From NCBI GenBank assembly GCA_964600295.1, contig CAZRIY010000001.1, forward strand, positions 24,810 through 88,809: a stretch of 64,000 bases of DNA, given 5' to 3'. Position 1 is the stretch's first letter. The number at the start of each line of letters is the position of its first letter. The notes beneath the pieces were generated by a model, which worked only from the letters and a program-made list of their open reading frames with translations, was not told the DNA's origin and did not search any database. Both the position numbers and the translations under genes were made by a program. This DNA is from an uncultured Candidatus Saccharibacteria bacterium. GTDB taxonomy: Bacteria > Patescibacteriota > Saccharimonadia > CAZHVB01. This document shows, in pieces, positions 1 to 9,136 of the stretch.

Positions 1-1179
1 TTGCAGATACTTTTCTAGGATTCGGGCTTGGCTATTTTTCCGCAGTAGTATAGCGATTTCGGTTGGTGATTGGCCGCGGGACAGGCGCCGTTTAATATCC
101 GTAGCTATCCAGCCGGCTTCTTCTTCATGGGTAAGGAAGGTTTTAAGTTGGGGCGGACTGCTCTGAAATTGTCCGCGAAGCTGCTTATCAATCTGGTAGC
201 GAGCTTCCAGACGATCAGGGTTATTATGTTGTATCAAGCGATATGCACTATCCAAAATTTCTTGGCTTGATCGATAATTTTCAACCAGGGCCAACTGCTT
301 TGCCTTGGGATAGCGTTGCTTAAACTCAAGGACATTGGCTACTGCCGCTCCGCGAAAACGATAGATGGATTGATCATCGTCCCCCACTACCATCACGTTT
401 TTTGCTCGACCCGACAGCAAATCAATCAAGCGGCTCTGAGCCGGGTTGGTATCTTGAAATTCGTCAACCAACAGGTATTTTAATTCGGCCTGGATCTTGC
501 TGGCTACGTTGGCCCGCTTGGTTAATAGTTCCACGGCCAAGGCCACTTGATCGGCAAAGTCGACCAAATTATTCTGGCGCAAAAGTTTTTGGTAGGCACC
601 ATAGGCCCGAGCCAGCTCCAGGTGACGGCCTGCTTCAATTTTTTCTGGTCGGCTTTTGGCCCTAGTCTGGCCGCCTCGCGCAAATTTGGCGTAGGCTTCT
701 GGGTCAATCAACTCGTCCTTCAGTTTGGAGAAATAGGCAGCTAGATCGGCCAACATACCTTCAGGATTTGTAACTGGAGAGTAATAATTTAACTTGAATT
801 GATCTAGATGCTCGCGCATAAAAACCAACTGTTGCGTTTCATTCAACAGACTAAGTTGCTGATTTAATCCCAACTCATAACTAAATCGCCTCAGTAAATT
901 AAACCCGAAAGCATTGAAAGTAGTAATATTTACATCAAAGATATAACTACCCAGCAACTCAATCACCCGGCCTTCCATTTCTCTAGCCGCTTTAGCGGTA
1001 AAAGTGATTGCCAATATTTGGGAAGGTTCTGTTTTTAGTCCATTTATTAGATGAGCAACTCGATTGGTTATGACTTGGGTTTTACCTGTACCAGCCCCAG
1101 CCACCACCAACAACGGCCCCTGGCCGTGCTTAACTGCCGCCTGTTGTTGGGGATTCAGGGCTTTGAAATTTAGCGACAT
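1..1179 (-). CDS. UvrD/PcrA/Rep-family SF1 DNA helicase, partial. N-terminal 393 aa in window; the gene runs past position 1.
   Basis: Start ATG is the complement of 1177-1179. Translation MSLNFKALNPQQQAAVKHGQGPLLVVAGAGTGKT... carries a Walker A motif. The frame stays open, with UvrD-like motifs, all the way to position 1 (checked by hand). Confidence 0.8.
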   Translation of the reverse strand, partial: MSLNFKALNPQQQAAVKHGQGPLLVVAGAGTGKTQVITNRVAHLINGLKTEPSQILAITFTAKAAREMEGRVIELLGSYIFDVNITTFNAFGFNLLRRFSYELGLNQQLSLLNETQQLVFMREHLDQFKLNYYSPVTNPEGMLADLAAYFSKLKDELIDPEAYAKFARGGQTRAKSRPEKIEAGRHLELARAYGAYQKLLRQNNLVDFADQVALAVELLTKRANVASKIQAELKYLLVDEFQDTNPAQSRLIDLLSGRAKNVMVVGDDDQSIYRFRGAAVANVLEFKQRYPKAKQLALVENYRSSQEILDSAYRLIQHNNPDRLEARYQIDKQLRGQFQSSPPQLKTFLTHEEEAGWIATDIKRRLSRGQSPTEIAILLRKNSQARILEKYLQ

Positions 1180-2738
1180 TACATCTTAGTCTTAGGGTGG
1201 ATTCCCAACAATTTCCAATAGGCTTCCATAGCTACTCGAAATTGATCTACTAAGTAGAGTTTGGCGGCCGCTTGAGATTTTGGTAAATCGATAATTCGGT
1301 CTGCCTCATAATATTCGTGGAATAATCGAGCTAGCTCAATTCCATAAAAAGTCAGTTGATGAACCCCATGTGTTTGGGCAATGTCTCGGACTAGCTCGGG
1401 TAGCTGCAAAAGTTGCCGAATCAGCTGCCGTTCATGCACGTCTACCTCTGTTAGTTGCCCGTTTGGTTTTATTCCGAGTCCGCTTGCTCGGCCAAGAATA
1501 GAGTGTGCGCGAGTGTAAGCGTACATCACATAGTAGAAGGGGTTTTTCTGCGATTCTTCTTTGGCCAAGTCCATATCAAAATCCATGTGGGTATTGGCCG
1601 AACGCATCAAGAAGAACCATCGCACTACCTCAGTAGGAATCTCTTCTAATAGCTCATCGACTGTCACGTAAGTTCCGGCCCTTTTACTAATTTTATATTC
1701 CTTACCATCGCGGATAAGTCGCACCCACTGCACAATCACAAACTCTAATACTCTATCTGGCAAAAGTTGTTGTATTGTCAACTTCAAGGAGGGTACCTGG
1801 CCAGCATGATCAGCCCCCCAAACTTTGACTGACCGGTCAAAACCCCTCTCTTTAAATATCTGCCAATGATAGGCTAGATCATTGGCTAAATAGGTTCGAC
1901 CTCCTTGTTTTTTCTCGAGGACGCGGTCGCGCTCGTCGCCCAATTTAGTTGACAACAACCAAATTGCATCATCTCTGGCTGCAACTAATTTGCTGGACTT
2001 AAGTGCCTTTAAAACAGTTTGGTAACTTTGTTCCAGTCCCCGTTCGTTAGTTCTGATGTCAAAACTAACTCCCATACTTTTAATGGCTGGTTCTAAGTAT
2101 TCTTCCCAGATATAAGCGGTCAAAACTTTACTTAAATCAGTTTCTTTAGTTCGACGGTAGAACTTTGTTAAGTCTTTAAGATATTCACCGCGATAGGCTA
2201 TCTCACCTTCCACCTTTTCGCCCGCCGCGGCCTTAATCGATCGTATCAGTTCCTCAATTTGGGTACCTCCGTCGTTGAAATAGTACTCTCGAGTTACTTT
2301 GTTATCAGAGGTAGCCAATACATTTGACAACACGTCACCCACAAAACCGCCGCGGGCATTACCAAGCGTCAATGGACCGGTAGGATTGGCCGAAATAAAC
2401 TCGACCTGGGTTTTTTGTCCTTTACCGCTGTTATTCTGCAGATAATTAGGTTTTATTTGTCCTAATTGACGAATCCAAAAAGCTTGATTCATTACCAGAT
2501 TGATAAAACCGGACCCAGCAACTACAGCCGATTCAATATCGGGGTGTTTTATCTCGGAAACCAGCTGCTTAGCTACCTCTACTGGGGGCTGTTTAAGCTG
2601 TTCTGACAGTTCAAAAGCCACATTGGTGGCAAAATCTCCCAATTGAGCCTCAGGATAGGATATTTTGGGGGTAATATCGATCTTATATGCCCGTTTAACG
2701 GCTTCGGTCACCGCAGTTGTCACCTGCTCACGTATCAT
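1179..2738 (-). CDS. argS: Arginine--tRNA ligase
   Basis: 550-aa ORF at 1179..2831 with ArgS hallmarks (FISANPTGPLTLGNARGG.., class I HIGH/KMSK context). The likely true start is the internal MIREQ.. at 2738, which avoids overlap with smpB. Confidence 0.85.
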   Translation of the reverse strand: MIREQVTTAVTEAVKRAYKIDITPKISYPEAQLGDFATNVAFELSEQLKQPPVEVAKQLVSEIKHPDIESAVVAGSGFINLVMNQAFWIRQLGQIKPNYLQNNSGKGQKTQVEFISANPTGPLTLGNARGGFVGDVLSNVLATSDNKVTREYYFNDGGTQIEELIRSIKAAAGEKVEGEIAYRGEYLKDLTKFYRRTKETDLSKVLTAYIWEEYLEPAIKSMGVSFDIRTNERGLEQSYQTVLKALKSSKLVAARDDAIWLLSTKLGDERDRVLEKKQGGRTYLANDLAYHWQIFKERGFDRSVKVWGADHAGQVPSLKLTIQQLLPDRVLEFVIVQWVRLIRDGKEYKISKRAGTYVTVDELLEEIPTEVVRWFFLMRSANTHMDFDMDLAKEESQKNPFYYVMYAYTRAHSILGRASGLGIKPNGQLTEVDVHERQLIRQLLQLPELVRDIAQTHGVHQLTFYGIELARLFHEYYEADRIIDLPKSQAAAKLYLVDQFRVAMEAYWKLLGIHPKTKM

Positions 2739-2814
2739 ATATCCAGTATCTGGCATCCGGCTATCGGTATCAAGACGCCTGGCTCCTAACTCCTCTATCC
2801 TATATCCTAAAAAT

Positions 2815-3267
2815 ATGAAAGTATTGGCCACTAACCGCCGGGCTAAATATGATTATGAGATCAGTGAACGGCTAGAAGCCGGTATAGTTTTGTCTGGCGC
2901 CGAAGTTAAGAGCGTTAAAGCTGGCCATATTAGCCTTAAGGGCAGCTATATTACCCTGATAGGTGGTGAATTGTATCTGTTAAATGCCCACATTTCGCCC
3001 TATAAGTACGCTAGGCCCAAAAGTTTTGAGGAAACCCGCCGCCGGAAGTTGCTGGTACACAAACGCGAGGCAGACAGACTATCCGGGCTTAAGCAAGCTG
3101 GCCAGGCTTTATTTCCATTGGCTGTTGGAACCAAACATAGCCTGATCAAAGTTGAAGTAGGAGTCGGCCGCGGGCGCCAGCGAACAGACAAGCGCCAAAT
3201 AATTAAAAAACGCCAGGCCGAGCGCGAAATTGCCCGTGCCGTGGCTGCCAAAAACAAAACTCAATAG
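2815..3267 (+). CDS. smpB: SsrA-binding protein SmpB
   Basis: MKVLATNRRAKYDYEISERLEAGIVLSGAEVKSVK...LLVHKRE is canonical SmpB. ATG at 2815. Confidence 0.9.
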   Translation: MKVLATNRRAKYDYEISERLEAGIVLSGAEVKSVKAGHISLKGSYITLIGGELYLLNAHISPYKYARPKSFEETRRRKLLVHKREADRLSGLKQAGQALFPLAVGTKHSLIKVEVGVGRGRQRTDKRQIIKKRQAEREIARAVAAKNKTQ

Positions 3268-3328
3268 ACGAAGATATTATTTGGCAAACTTTTTTTGAAA
3301 AAAAATAGATTTTTTTGTAAAAATGTTA

Positions 3329-3357
3329 TTGACAGGATTTAAGCATTGGCATAATCT
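3329..3357 (+). promoter_or_regulatory. Putative sigma70-type promoter
   Basis: TTGACA at 3329-3334; CATAAT/TAATCT at 3350-3357 with a 15-17 nt spacer. Sits in an AT-rich intergenic region. Confidence 0.35.
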
Positions 3358-3361
3358 GAGG

Positions 3362-3527
3362 TTAGACACCTGAATAAAAAAGGTGTTCAAAAAACAAAAA
3401 CGTAAAATAAAGCTCCCTAAGCAACGGCTCCCCCAAGCCGTTGCTTAACTAAAAAACAAAGCTATATCCAAAAAAAGAATATCCAAATTTCAATTTAAAA
3501 CCCGGCCCAAACAGCCGGGTTTTAAAA
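3362..3527 (+). ncRNA. Candidate small RNA: promoter, three hairpins, intrinsic terminator
   Basis: Hairpins at 3366-3387 and 3421-3444 (GCAACGGC/GCCGTTGC). A GC stem at 3497-3523 (AAACCCGGC..GCCGGGTTT) is followed by a T-run. No ORF covers the region. Confidence 0.3.
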
Positions 3528-3609
3528 TTCTAGTCCACTTTATTTTTTCAAAAATACTATTTATCCTGCAAGATTGTTTCTCTTAGAGGCTGGTGGAAGT
3601 TGATCGTTT

Positions 3610-5271
3610 TTGGAAAATTTGCGGGTGGTGAACTATATTAACCATATGCCTATTGACCAGCGCGATCGCGAAGAAACGGTGGCCCGCCAACGGGCCAGTA
3701 TGCTCAAAGCTATATACACCGATGCCCGCCAAGTTCAGGATCTGGAATCGCTTAGTCAGATTATATCGCTTGATGATATGCAAAAACACCGAATCGTGCC
3801 TCTATTAATGACTTCTCATGATCTGGTACTTGGCTTTACCCAATCAACGCCCCGCCATAACATCAATCAAGTAAAGGCCAAGCTGTCTAGCTTTAATCTA
3901 AGGTTTAATTTGATATCGGATAGTGGTTATAAAGAACTCCTGGACCGCTATACAGCCCTTCTGAAGCCGCCTCGGCCCCCCGACCATAAACAACTGGCAG
4001 ATCGTCTGGCTAGAGCAGTTCTTGAGGCTAAACAAACCGCAGAGGACCCAGATCTTTTCACCAAAAAATTAGCCGATACCAGCCAAAAGGATCTAATCCA
4101 GCTGATCGCCCAGCAAGCCTACTTAATTAACTCGTCCGATATTCATATCGAACCAACGCGTGATGTCATCCGTCTCCGCTTCCGTATCGATGGGGTGTTG
4201 CATCAGGTGGCTACGCTGGCACCCGATCGATTTAACCTGTTGTTGTCGGTGCTCCAGATGCATAGTGGGATTCGTTGGAACGCCAACTATCCGCAGACTG
4301 GACATATGACCGCCGAGTTGGTTAATCACAACGGTGATGTCGGACCAGTCAATATGCGGGTGGAAACCACTCCCACTAACTATGGTAGTGATATTGTCAT
4401 CCGCATCTTTAATCTAGATGTCAGTTATCTCAATCTTGACCACATTGGTCTGAGCCAACGCCACCATCAGGCTATTGAAGAACTAATCAAACATCCCCAC
4501 GGGCTGGGCTTAATTACTGGACCTACCGGTTCGGGTAAAACTTCTACGCTCTATGCCATTTTAAATCGACTAAATACACCGGAAGTCAAAATCATTACTC
4601 TGGAGGATCCGATTGAATACGAGCTTGGCGGATTGACCCAGTTGGCGGTAGATTCTAATCAAGGCCAAAGTTTCGGTGAGCGTTTGCGGGCCGTGCTGCG
4701 CGAAGACCCCGACATTATCATGGTGGGCGAAATTCGCGATCCCGATACTGCTAAGACATCTTTACAATCAGCCTTGACTGGACACTTGGTACTTTCGACC
4801 TTCCACGCCAACTCGGCAGCTGGCGCGGTTAGCCGCTTGATGGACATGATTGGCGCCAATCCGATGGTGGCTTCGGCACTAAAATTAGTAATGACCCAAA
4901 GACTGCTGCGCAAACTTTGTGAACATTGTAAACAAGCCGATAAACCTGGCGAAAAAGAGCTTGAACAAATCAAAAATATCCTGGAAACGCTACCCGAAGG
5001 CCAGCGACCCGACCTAGAAAAAGCCCAGCTCTATAGGAGTAAAGGTTGTGATAAATGCTACCATATTGGCTACAAAGGCCGTTTGATGGTGGCTGAGCAA
5101 TTGATAATGAGCCCAGCCGTTGAGCAACTAATTGCTAGCTTCGCTAGCTCACAGCAAATCCATAGCCAGGCAGTCAAAGAAGGTATGATTACTATCCTCC
5201 AGGATGGCGTGCTCAAAGCCCTAGATGGCTTAACCACGCTCGAAGAAGTTTTTCGCGTCCTGGAAACGTAG
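3610..5271 (+). CDS. pilB: Type IV pilus / type II secretion assembly ATPase (PilB/GspE family)
   Basis: Has the T2SSE N-domain, a Walker A (GPTGSGKTST) and the GspE signature EDPIEY..., plus a C-terminal CxxC..CxxC. The start is TTG at 3610 or ATG at 3645. Confidence 0.85.
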   Translation: MENLRVVNYINHMPIDQRDREETVARQRASMLKAIYTDARQVQDLESLSQIISLDDMQKHRIVPLLMTSHDLVLGFTQSTPRHNINQVKAKLSSFNLRFNLISDSGYKELLDRYTALLKPPRPPDHKQLADRLARAVLEAKQTAEDPDLFTKKLADTSQKDLIQLIAQQAYLINSSDIHIEPTRDVIRLRFRIDGVLHQVATLAPDRFNLLLSVLQMHSGIRWNANYPQTGHMTAELVNHNGDVGPVNMRVETTPTNYGSDIVIRIFNLDVSYLNLDHIGLSQRHHQAIEELIKHPHGLGLITGPTGSGKTSTLYAILNRLNTPEVKIITLEDPIEYELGGLTQLAVDSNQGQSFGERLRAVLREDPDIIMVGEIRDPDTAKTSLQSALTGHLVLSTFHANSAAGAVSRLMDMIGANPMVASALKLVMTQRLLRKLCEHCKQADKPGEKELEQIKNILETLPEGQRPDLEKAQLYRSKGCDKCYHIGYKGRLMVAEQLIMSPAVEQLIASFASSQQIHSQAVKEGMITILQDGVLKALDGLTTLEEVFRVLET

Positions 5272-5296
5272 CCCGATAAGGTGTAGAATGGACTAA

Positions 5297-5524
5297 ATGG
5301 GTATGAAATACGTGGCGGCTATGCCCCTGCGCAAGAATTTATTAGTTAATCCAGACGGCAAGGTTCCGGTAATAGAACACGCCTTTGATGTCCGTATCCT
5401 CGAAACGCTTTGTGGCGATATTAAACAAAAATTGGAAATGCTTAAACACGAGTGGGATCCTATATCGCCCCATACTTGCCGAAAATGTTTACGTCGTTAT
5501 AAAAACGGCTCTATACACCGCTAA
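5297..5524 (+). CDS. Hypothetical small protein
   Basis: 75-aa ORF just downstream of pilB with a weak RBS. C-terminal HTCRKC. Confidence 0.3.
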   Translation: MGMKYVAAMPLRKNLLVNPDGKVPVIEHAFDVRILETLCGDIKQKLEMLKHEWDPISPHTCRKCLRRYKNGSIHR

Positions 5525-5593
5525 GCACCGTTCAATCGAATTGGTTTAGTTGTTTTCGGTCTTCATGAGTTACGGTAAGATCGGAACCAGGCT

Positions 5594-6109
5594 CTACATC
5601 CCAACAATGATCAGCGCTAATGCCATAAGCCCCATGCCAACATCTTCTACGAAACTCACGGTACTTAAAGGAAGTTTGATTACATTCCCCAAGCAGGCAC
5701 AGTGAATACCTGTGCGTCGTCTTATCTCTTGAGCAACGCCAATAGACCCAGCTGCCATTACTGCCAGTGTTATCCAGTCCCTCATTTGGGGAAGTAGGTC
5801 GGCCAGGTAAAGTGTCGCTAAAATCAGTTCGATAAATGGATAGACATAGGCATATGGTTTATAACGCTTGGCTACCACATCATAGCTAGCAAACATCAGC
5901 ACAAACATTCTGTAGCCAATCAATTTAAAAGAACCGAATACCAAGAAGAAAACTCCCATAAACCATCTTATCCAGCCCGAGAATGTGTCTGGGTCGTAGG
6001 CCATAGTTAGTAACCAGGAAGCCGCAATAATCGCCAGGATTACTAAGACAAATTTGATTACTTCTTTAGGTGAGTGCTCACCCTCCACTATGGAAACAGT
6101 AGGTTCCAT
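5594..6109 (-). CDS. DoxX/MauE-like integral membrane protein
   Basis: Four predicted TM segments and a CxC motif (HCACLG), as in MauE/DoxX. Confidence 0.5.
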   Translation of the reverse strand: MEPTVSIVEGEHSPKEVIKFVLVILAIIAASWLLTMAYDPDTFSGWIRWFMGVFFLVFGSFKLIGYRMFVLMFASYDVVAKRYKPYAYVYPFIELILATLYLADLLPQMRDWITLAVMAAGSIGVAQEIRRRTGIHCACLGNVIKLPLSTVSFVEDVGMGLMALALIIVGM

Positions 6110-6146
6110 AGTTAGATCTTAGCAAAGACGTCAAGCGTCTATAAAC

Positions 6147-6185
6147 AAAAAATCCCTAGCACAGGATGTGCTCGGGATTTTTTGG
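6147..6185. terminator. Bidirectional intrinsic terminator-like hairpin
   Basis: ATCCCTAGCACA-GGA-TGTGCTCGGGAT stem flanked by an A-run on the 5' side and a T-run on the 3' side. Confidence 0.4.
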
Positions 6186-6607
6186 TGGAGCTGGGGGGTA
6201 TTGCACCCCCGTCCGCAAGCTAACAACCCACTCCTCTACAGGCATAGTCTGCTTGAAAGCATTTAAATCTTCACGCCTAATGTCTAAAAACAGACCAAAT
6301 AACAGTTGGCGCTAACCTTCTATATTCTCGATAAACTGCGAAGGTAACAATTTATCCAGCCGAAAATATGACACCGGGAATCCTCTATTCGGCGTTGAGG
6401 AACCGATGGCTGTATAACCCTTAGGCTACAGCTGGTGCAAACTGTTGAACGTTAAAAACGTTCGCTAGTTTTGCGAATATAGATTTGGCATCTATAAATG
6501 TCGAGCTTAATAACGCTCGGCTCAGAGCGACCTGCCAAGTAGATTGTAAAAGTACTTACGTCGAAGCTTGTCAGCCCCACAAAAAACTTTACCACATCTG
6601 TCAGCTT

Positions 6608-6664
6608 TTGACAATAGTTAAGTATTATGATACAAATATACCGATTCTCGATCATGAGATCGAG
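6608..6664 (+). promoter_or_regulatory. Promoter plus 5'-UTR palindrome for the 6686 gene
   Basis: TTGACA at 6608-6613, a 17-nt spacer, then an extended -10 (TGaTACAAA, 6628-6636). Palindrome CTCGATC-atga-GATCGAG at 6647-6664. RBS AAGGAG at 6674-6679. Confidence 0.45.
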
Positions 6665-6685
6665 GACGAAACTAAGGAGTTATAA

Positions 6686-6994
6686 ATGGGTGAAGATTTT
6701 AGACCGACAATTGATCCCGAAAATATCCAGACACTTCATGAAGTTAGCGATGAGGTATTGGAAAGCTACCGGCTTTCCGAAAAGCCATTTCGGGTGGCTT
6801 TGGCAACTGATGAACCGGCGGGAGTTTATGAGACTGTAACCGCCTTTATTAGCGCTCAAATTCGAACGGGACAGTGGTTGTGTTTGACCAAAGATCAAGA
6901 TTATTTTTTGTTTGAGGAGCGGCGAAACGGCTGGATGGCTTATCAAAACCAGCTACTACAATATGCAAATCGCGGTTCTAGAACCAAACGTTAA
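6686..6994 (+). CDS. Hypothetical protein
   Basis: 102-aa ORF with a strong AAGGAG RBS 7 nt upstream. Confidence 0.5.
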   Translation: MGEDFRPTIDPENIQTLHEVSDEVLESYRLSEKPFRVALATDEPAGVYETVTAFISAQIRTGQWLCLTKDQDYFLFEERRNGWMAYQNQLLQYANRGSRTKR

Positions 6995-7073
6995 AACTTG
7001 CACGTGGTATTACAATAGATCTAAGTACTTAACGAAAGATGGTTGGGTATTCGTTCCTAAGGGGGAGGTGAAC

Positions 7074-7427
7074 ATGGAAGGTCCAAGAGTAAGGACTAAC
7101 TGCCCGCGTTGTGGTCAGGTCGAGTTTGAAGCCGGATACATCTACCTGGATTTTGACCGACAAACAAACGAAGGCGACTACAGTTTCGTCTGTCCGGTCT
7201 GCGAGGAATTGGTTGTGAAGCCAGTCGATCACAAGATTGCAAAGCTGCTAATGGCTATCGGTGTCGAAATCGGCGAAATTAACATACCGGCCGAATTGCA
7301 TGAAGATCGACCCGAAGGTCCAGTCATTACTCTGGACGATGTAGTCGATTTGCACTTCGATCTCCGCGATGAAGCCAAGGTGGCTCTAGCACTTGATGAG
7401 GCACGCTACCTGATTCTCGGACCGTAG
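7074..7427 (+). CDS. Hypothetical zinc-ribbon protein
   Basis: Internal start MEGPRVRTNCPRCGQ.. preceded by a GGGGGAGGTG RBS. Two CxxC pairs (CPRC...CPVC). Confidence 0.5.
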   Translation: MEGPRVRTNCPRCGQVEFEAGYIYLDFDRQTNEGDYSFVCPVCEELVVKPVDHKIAKLLMAIGVEIGEINIPAELHEDRPEGPVITLDDVVDLHFDLRDEAKVALALDEARYLILGP

Positions 7428-7443
7428 AACCTCCTAAAAAGTA

Positions 7444-7511
7444 CCCAGGTGGGGTAGATGTTGAGTCGGGTCTTCTGTCGACTTCCCGGATTCGCTCCCC
7501 CGCCTGGGTAC
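7444..7511. repeat. GC-rich palindromic repeat, copy 1 (CCCRGGTGGGGTAGAT family)
   Basis: CCCAGGTGGGGTAGATG ... CCCCCGCCTGGGTACC form an imperfect inverted repeat. Confidence 0.5.
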
Positions 7512-7523
7512 CTCCCCAAAACG

Positions 7524-7582
7524 CCCGGGTGGGGTAAGTTGTAGACAGGGTCGTTGTCCCCTGGCTCCTTACCCTACCTGGG
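7524..7582. repeat. GC-rich palindromic repeat, copy 2
   Basis: CCCGGGTGGGGTAAG ... CCTTACCCTACCTGGG. Overlaps the 3' end of the hydrolase gene. Confidence 0.5.
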
Positions 7583-8428
7583 TTGCTCTTTATTACGGGC
7601 TTTTTCTTCCAAATTAGTCAACAACTGCTCGGCGGCCGCAGTGTATTTATCTGGATTACGATGCAATTCATCGTGACCACCCTTGACTGATGCAAAACCG
7701 TCCAAATAACCGCCGTAGCCCTCCAGAGTCTTTTGGATATCACCCATCTTAAATAGTGGATCATCAAAGCCCGCCATCACGGCTACGCCTACTCCATCGC
7801 GATGAAGGCCCTTCAAAGCTTCTTGGATTTGTGAGCGAGAGATAGCCTTAGCTTCAGCGGTAGCCCTACGAACATTGTGGAAGGCATACTTAATACCTTC
7901 TCTTTGCTGCATCAATGAATCCTTGGGTAGTTTTTTCATAAAACGCCTAAACAACTTTGGAAAAGTGTCTGGGCCGCTCATACCGCCAGGATTAACAAAC
8001 ACGATGTTGCGGAACATATCTGGCCGAAGCGAGGCCGCAATCGCAACATCAATTCCGCCCTGGGAATGGGCAATTACGTCTACCTGCTCTAGCCCCCTAT
8101 CCGCTATTACCTGCAAGATATTCAGTGCCTTGGCGTAGCCGGCGGGCGGATAGGTTTTATTTTCTGTTCCGAATTCAAAATCTAGTGGTACGTCTTCTAA
8201 AACGCTGTGGCGAGGATGATCTATGGAGATTACTCGACGATTCTCATTGAGTAGCGTATTGATACTGCCCCTCAAAACAACGGGGCCTTCGCTCCAACCA
8301 GGAGCCAGCAGCACTGGTACTTCACTTTTAGGATGCTCCGGCGATAGATCAATTAGTCGGTTCGGTTCAATGACACTTTCGGGAACCGTGGTTGGCACAT
8401 CTTCGAAGCCGGGAGCCAGTTTTTCCAT
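7574..8428 (-). CDS. Alpha/beta-hydrolase fold protein (lipase/esterase-like)
   Basis: AHSQGG nucleophile-elbow motif (GxSxG). Confidence 0.7.
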   Translation of the reverse strand: MEKLAPGFEDVPTTVPESVIEPNRLIDLSPEHPKSEVPVLLAPGWSEGPVVLRGSINTLLNENRRVISIDHPRHSVLEDVPLDFEFGTENKTYPPAGYAKALNILQVIADRGLEQVDVIAHSQGGIDVAIAASLRPDMFRNIVFVNPGGMSGPDTFPKLFRRFMKKLPKDSLMQQREGIKYAFHNVRRATAEAKAISRSQIQEALKGLHRDGVGVAVMAGFDDPLFKMGDIQKTLEGYGGYLDGFASVKGGHDELHRNPDKYTAAAEQLLTNLEEKARNKEQPR

Positions 8429-8580
8429 TTTTATTTTTTAAGGAAATTTACACTATAACTACACCACAGAACTCTCTTAAGTGCAATTCGACTGGACGCA
8501 AAGCGCTTGGCTGTGCTATTACACTCCTGATACTTGATCGAAACAGGTCGATCGAGTTTATGGCACCTCAGGGGGTGACA

Positions 8581-8919
8581 ATGGGCACTGTATATGAACT
8601 GGAGATTCTGTCGGGACCGAACAAGTCAGAACTCGTTCGGTCGCTCAGTGTTGGCAAGGGTTCCGCTCGGAAAATTGTGGAATTTGATGTCAGGCCACGC
8701 TCACGCAAGGAGAATCCGGCTAAGACCTACACGGTCAGAGTCGTGATCGATGGTTTGAGGCGAAGGTTTGGGAACGATACCGACTTGACCATCTGGGCTG
8801 TGTTCGTGGTTGAGCCGGCCAAGTGGTACCAAGAGCCCAAGCCCTACGCAAGACAAGCCATCAGGGGCATCTATGATGCCAACGGCCATACCGGCTTTTT
8901 CAAGTTTGTGAAATCCTGA
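8581..8919 (+). CDS. Hypothetical protein
   Basis: Internal ATG at 8581 behind a GGGGGTGA RBS. The longer ORF from 8392 probably overextends. Confidence 0.4.
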   Translation: MGTVYELEILSGPNKSELVRSLSVGKGSARKIVEFDVRPRSRKENPAKTYTVRVVIDGLRRRFGNDTDLTIWAVFVVEPAKWYQEPKPYARQAIRGIYDANGHTGFFKFVKS

Positions 8920-8923
8920 AGTG

Positions 8924-8967
8924 CCCGGGTGGGGTAGATATGAGTCTTTGACTTCTCTACCCCACCC
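8924..8967. repeat. GC-rich palindromic repeat, copy 3
   Basis: GGGTGGGGTAGA-17nt-TCTACCCCACCC, a perfect 12-bp stem. Confidence 0.55.
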
Positions 8968-9136
8968 TTTGTTGTATAACTATATTAAGATTATGCTTGA
9001 CCTCCGTTAAAATTGGTCTTAAATTACGCGATCGCTGTTTTTAAAACCAATTTTGAAAGAATATTGTTCTTGTTTGTGATATCACATTGCTAGTATGGGG
9101 TGGTTTGTTTGTTACAATAAGCTAAAGCATTAAGGG

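Noticed and set aside
2665-2814. Long N-terminal extension of smpB (ORF from 2665) and of argS (to 2831), giving a head-to-head gene overlap
   Set aside because: Homology begins at internal starts (MKVLATNRR for SmpB at 2815; MIREQ for ArgS at 2738). The extensions are unconserved and would make the two divergent genes overlap.
3268-3609. tmRNA (ssrA) next to smpB
   Set aside because: There is no tRNA-like 3' domain (no GGTTCGA T-arm, no CCA-ending acceptor) and no plausible tag reading frame. Any RNA here would be something else.
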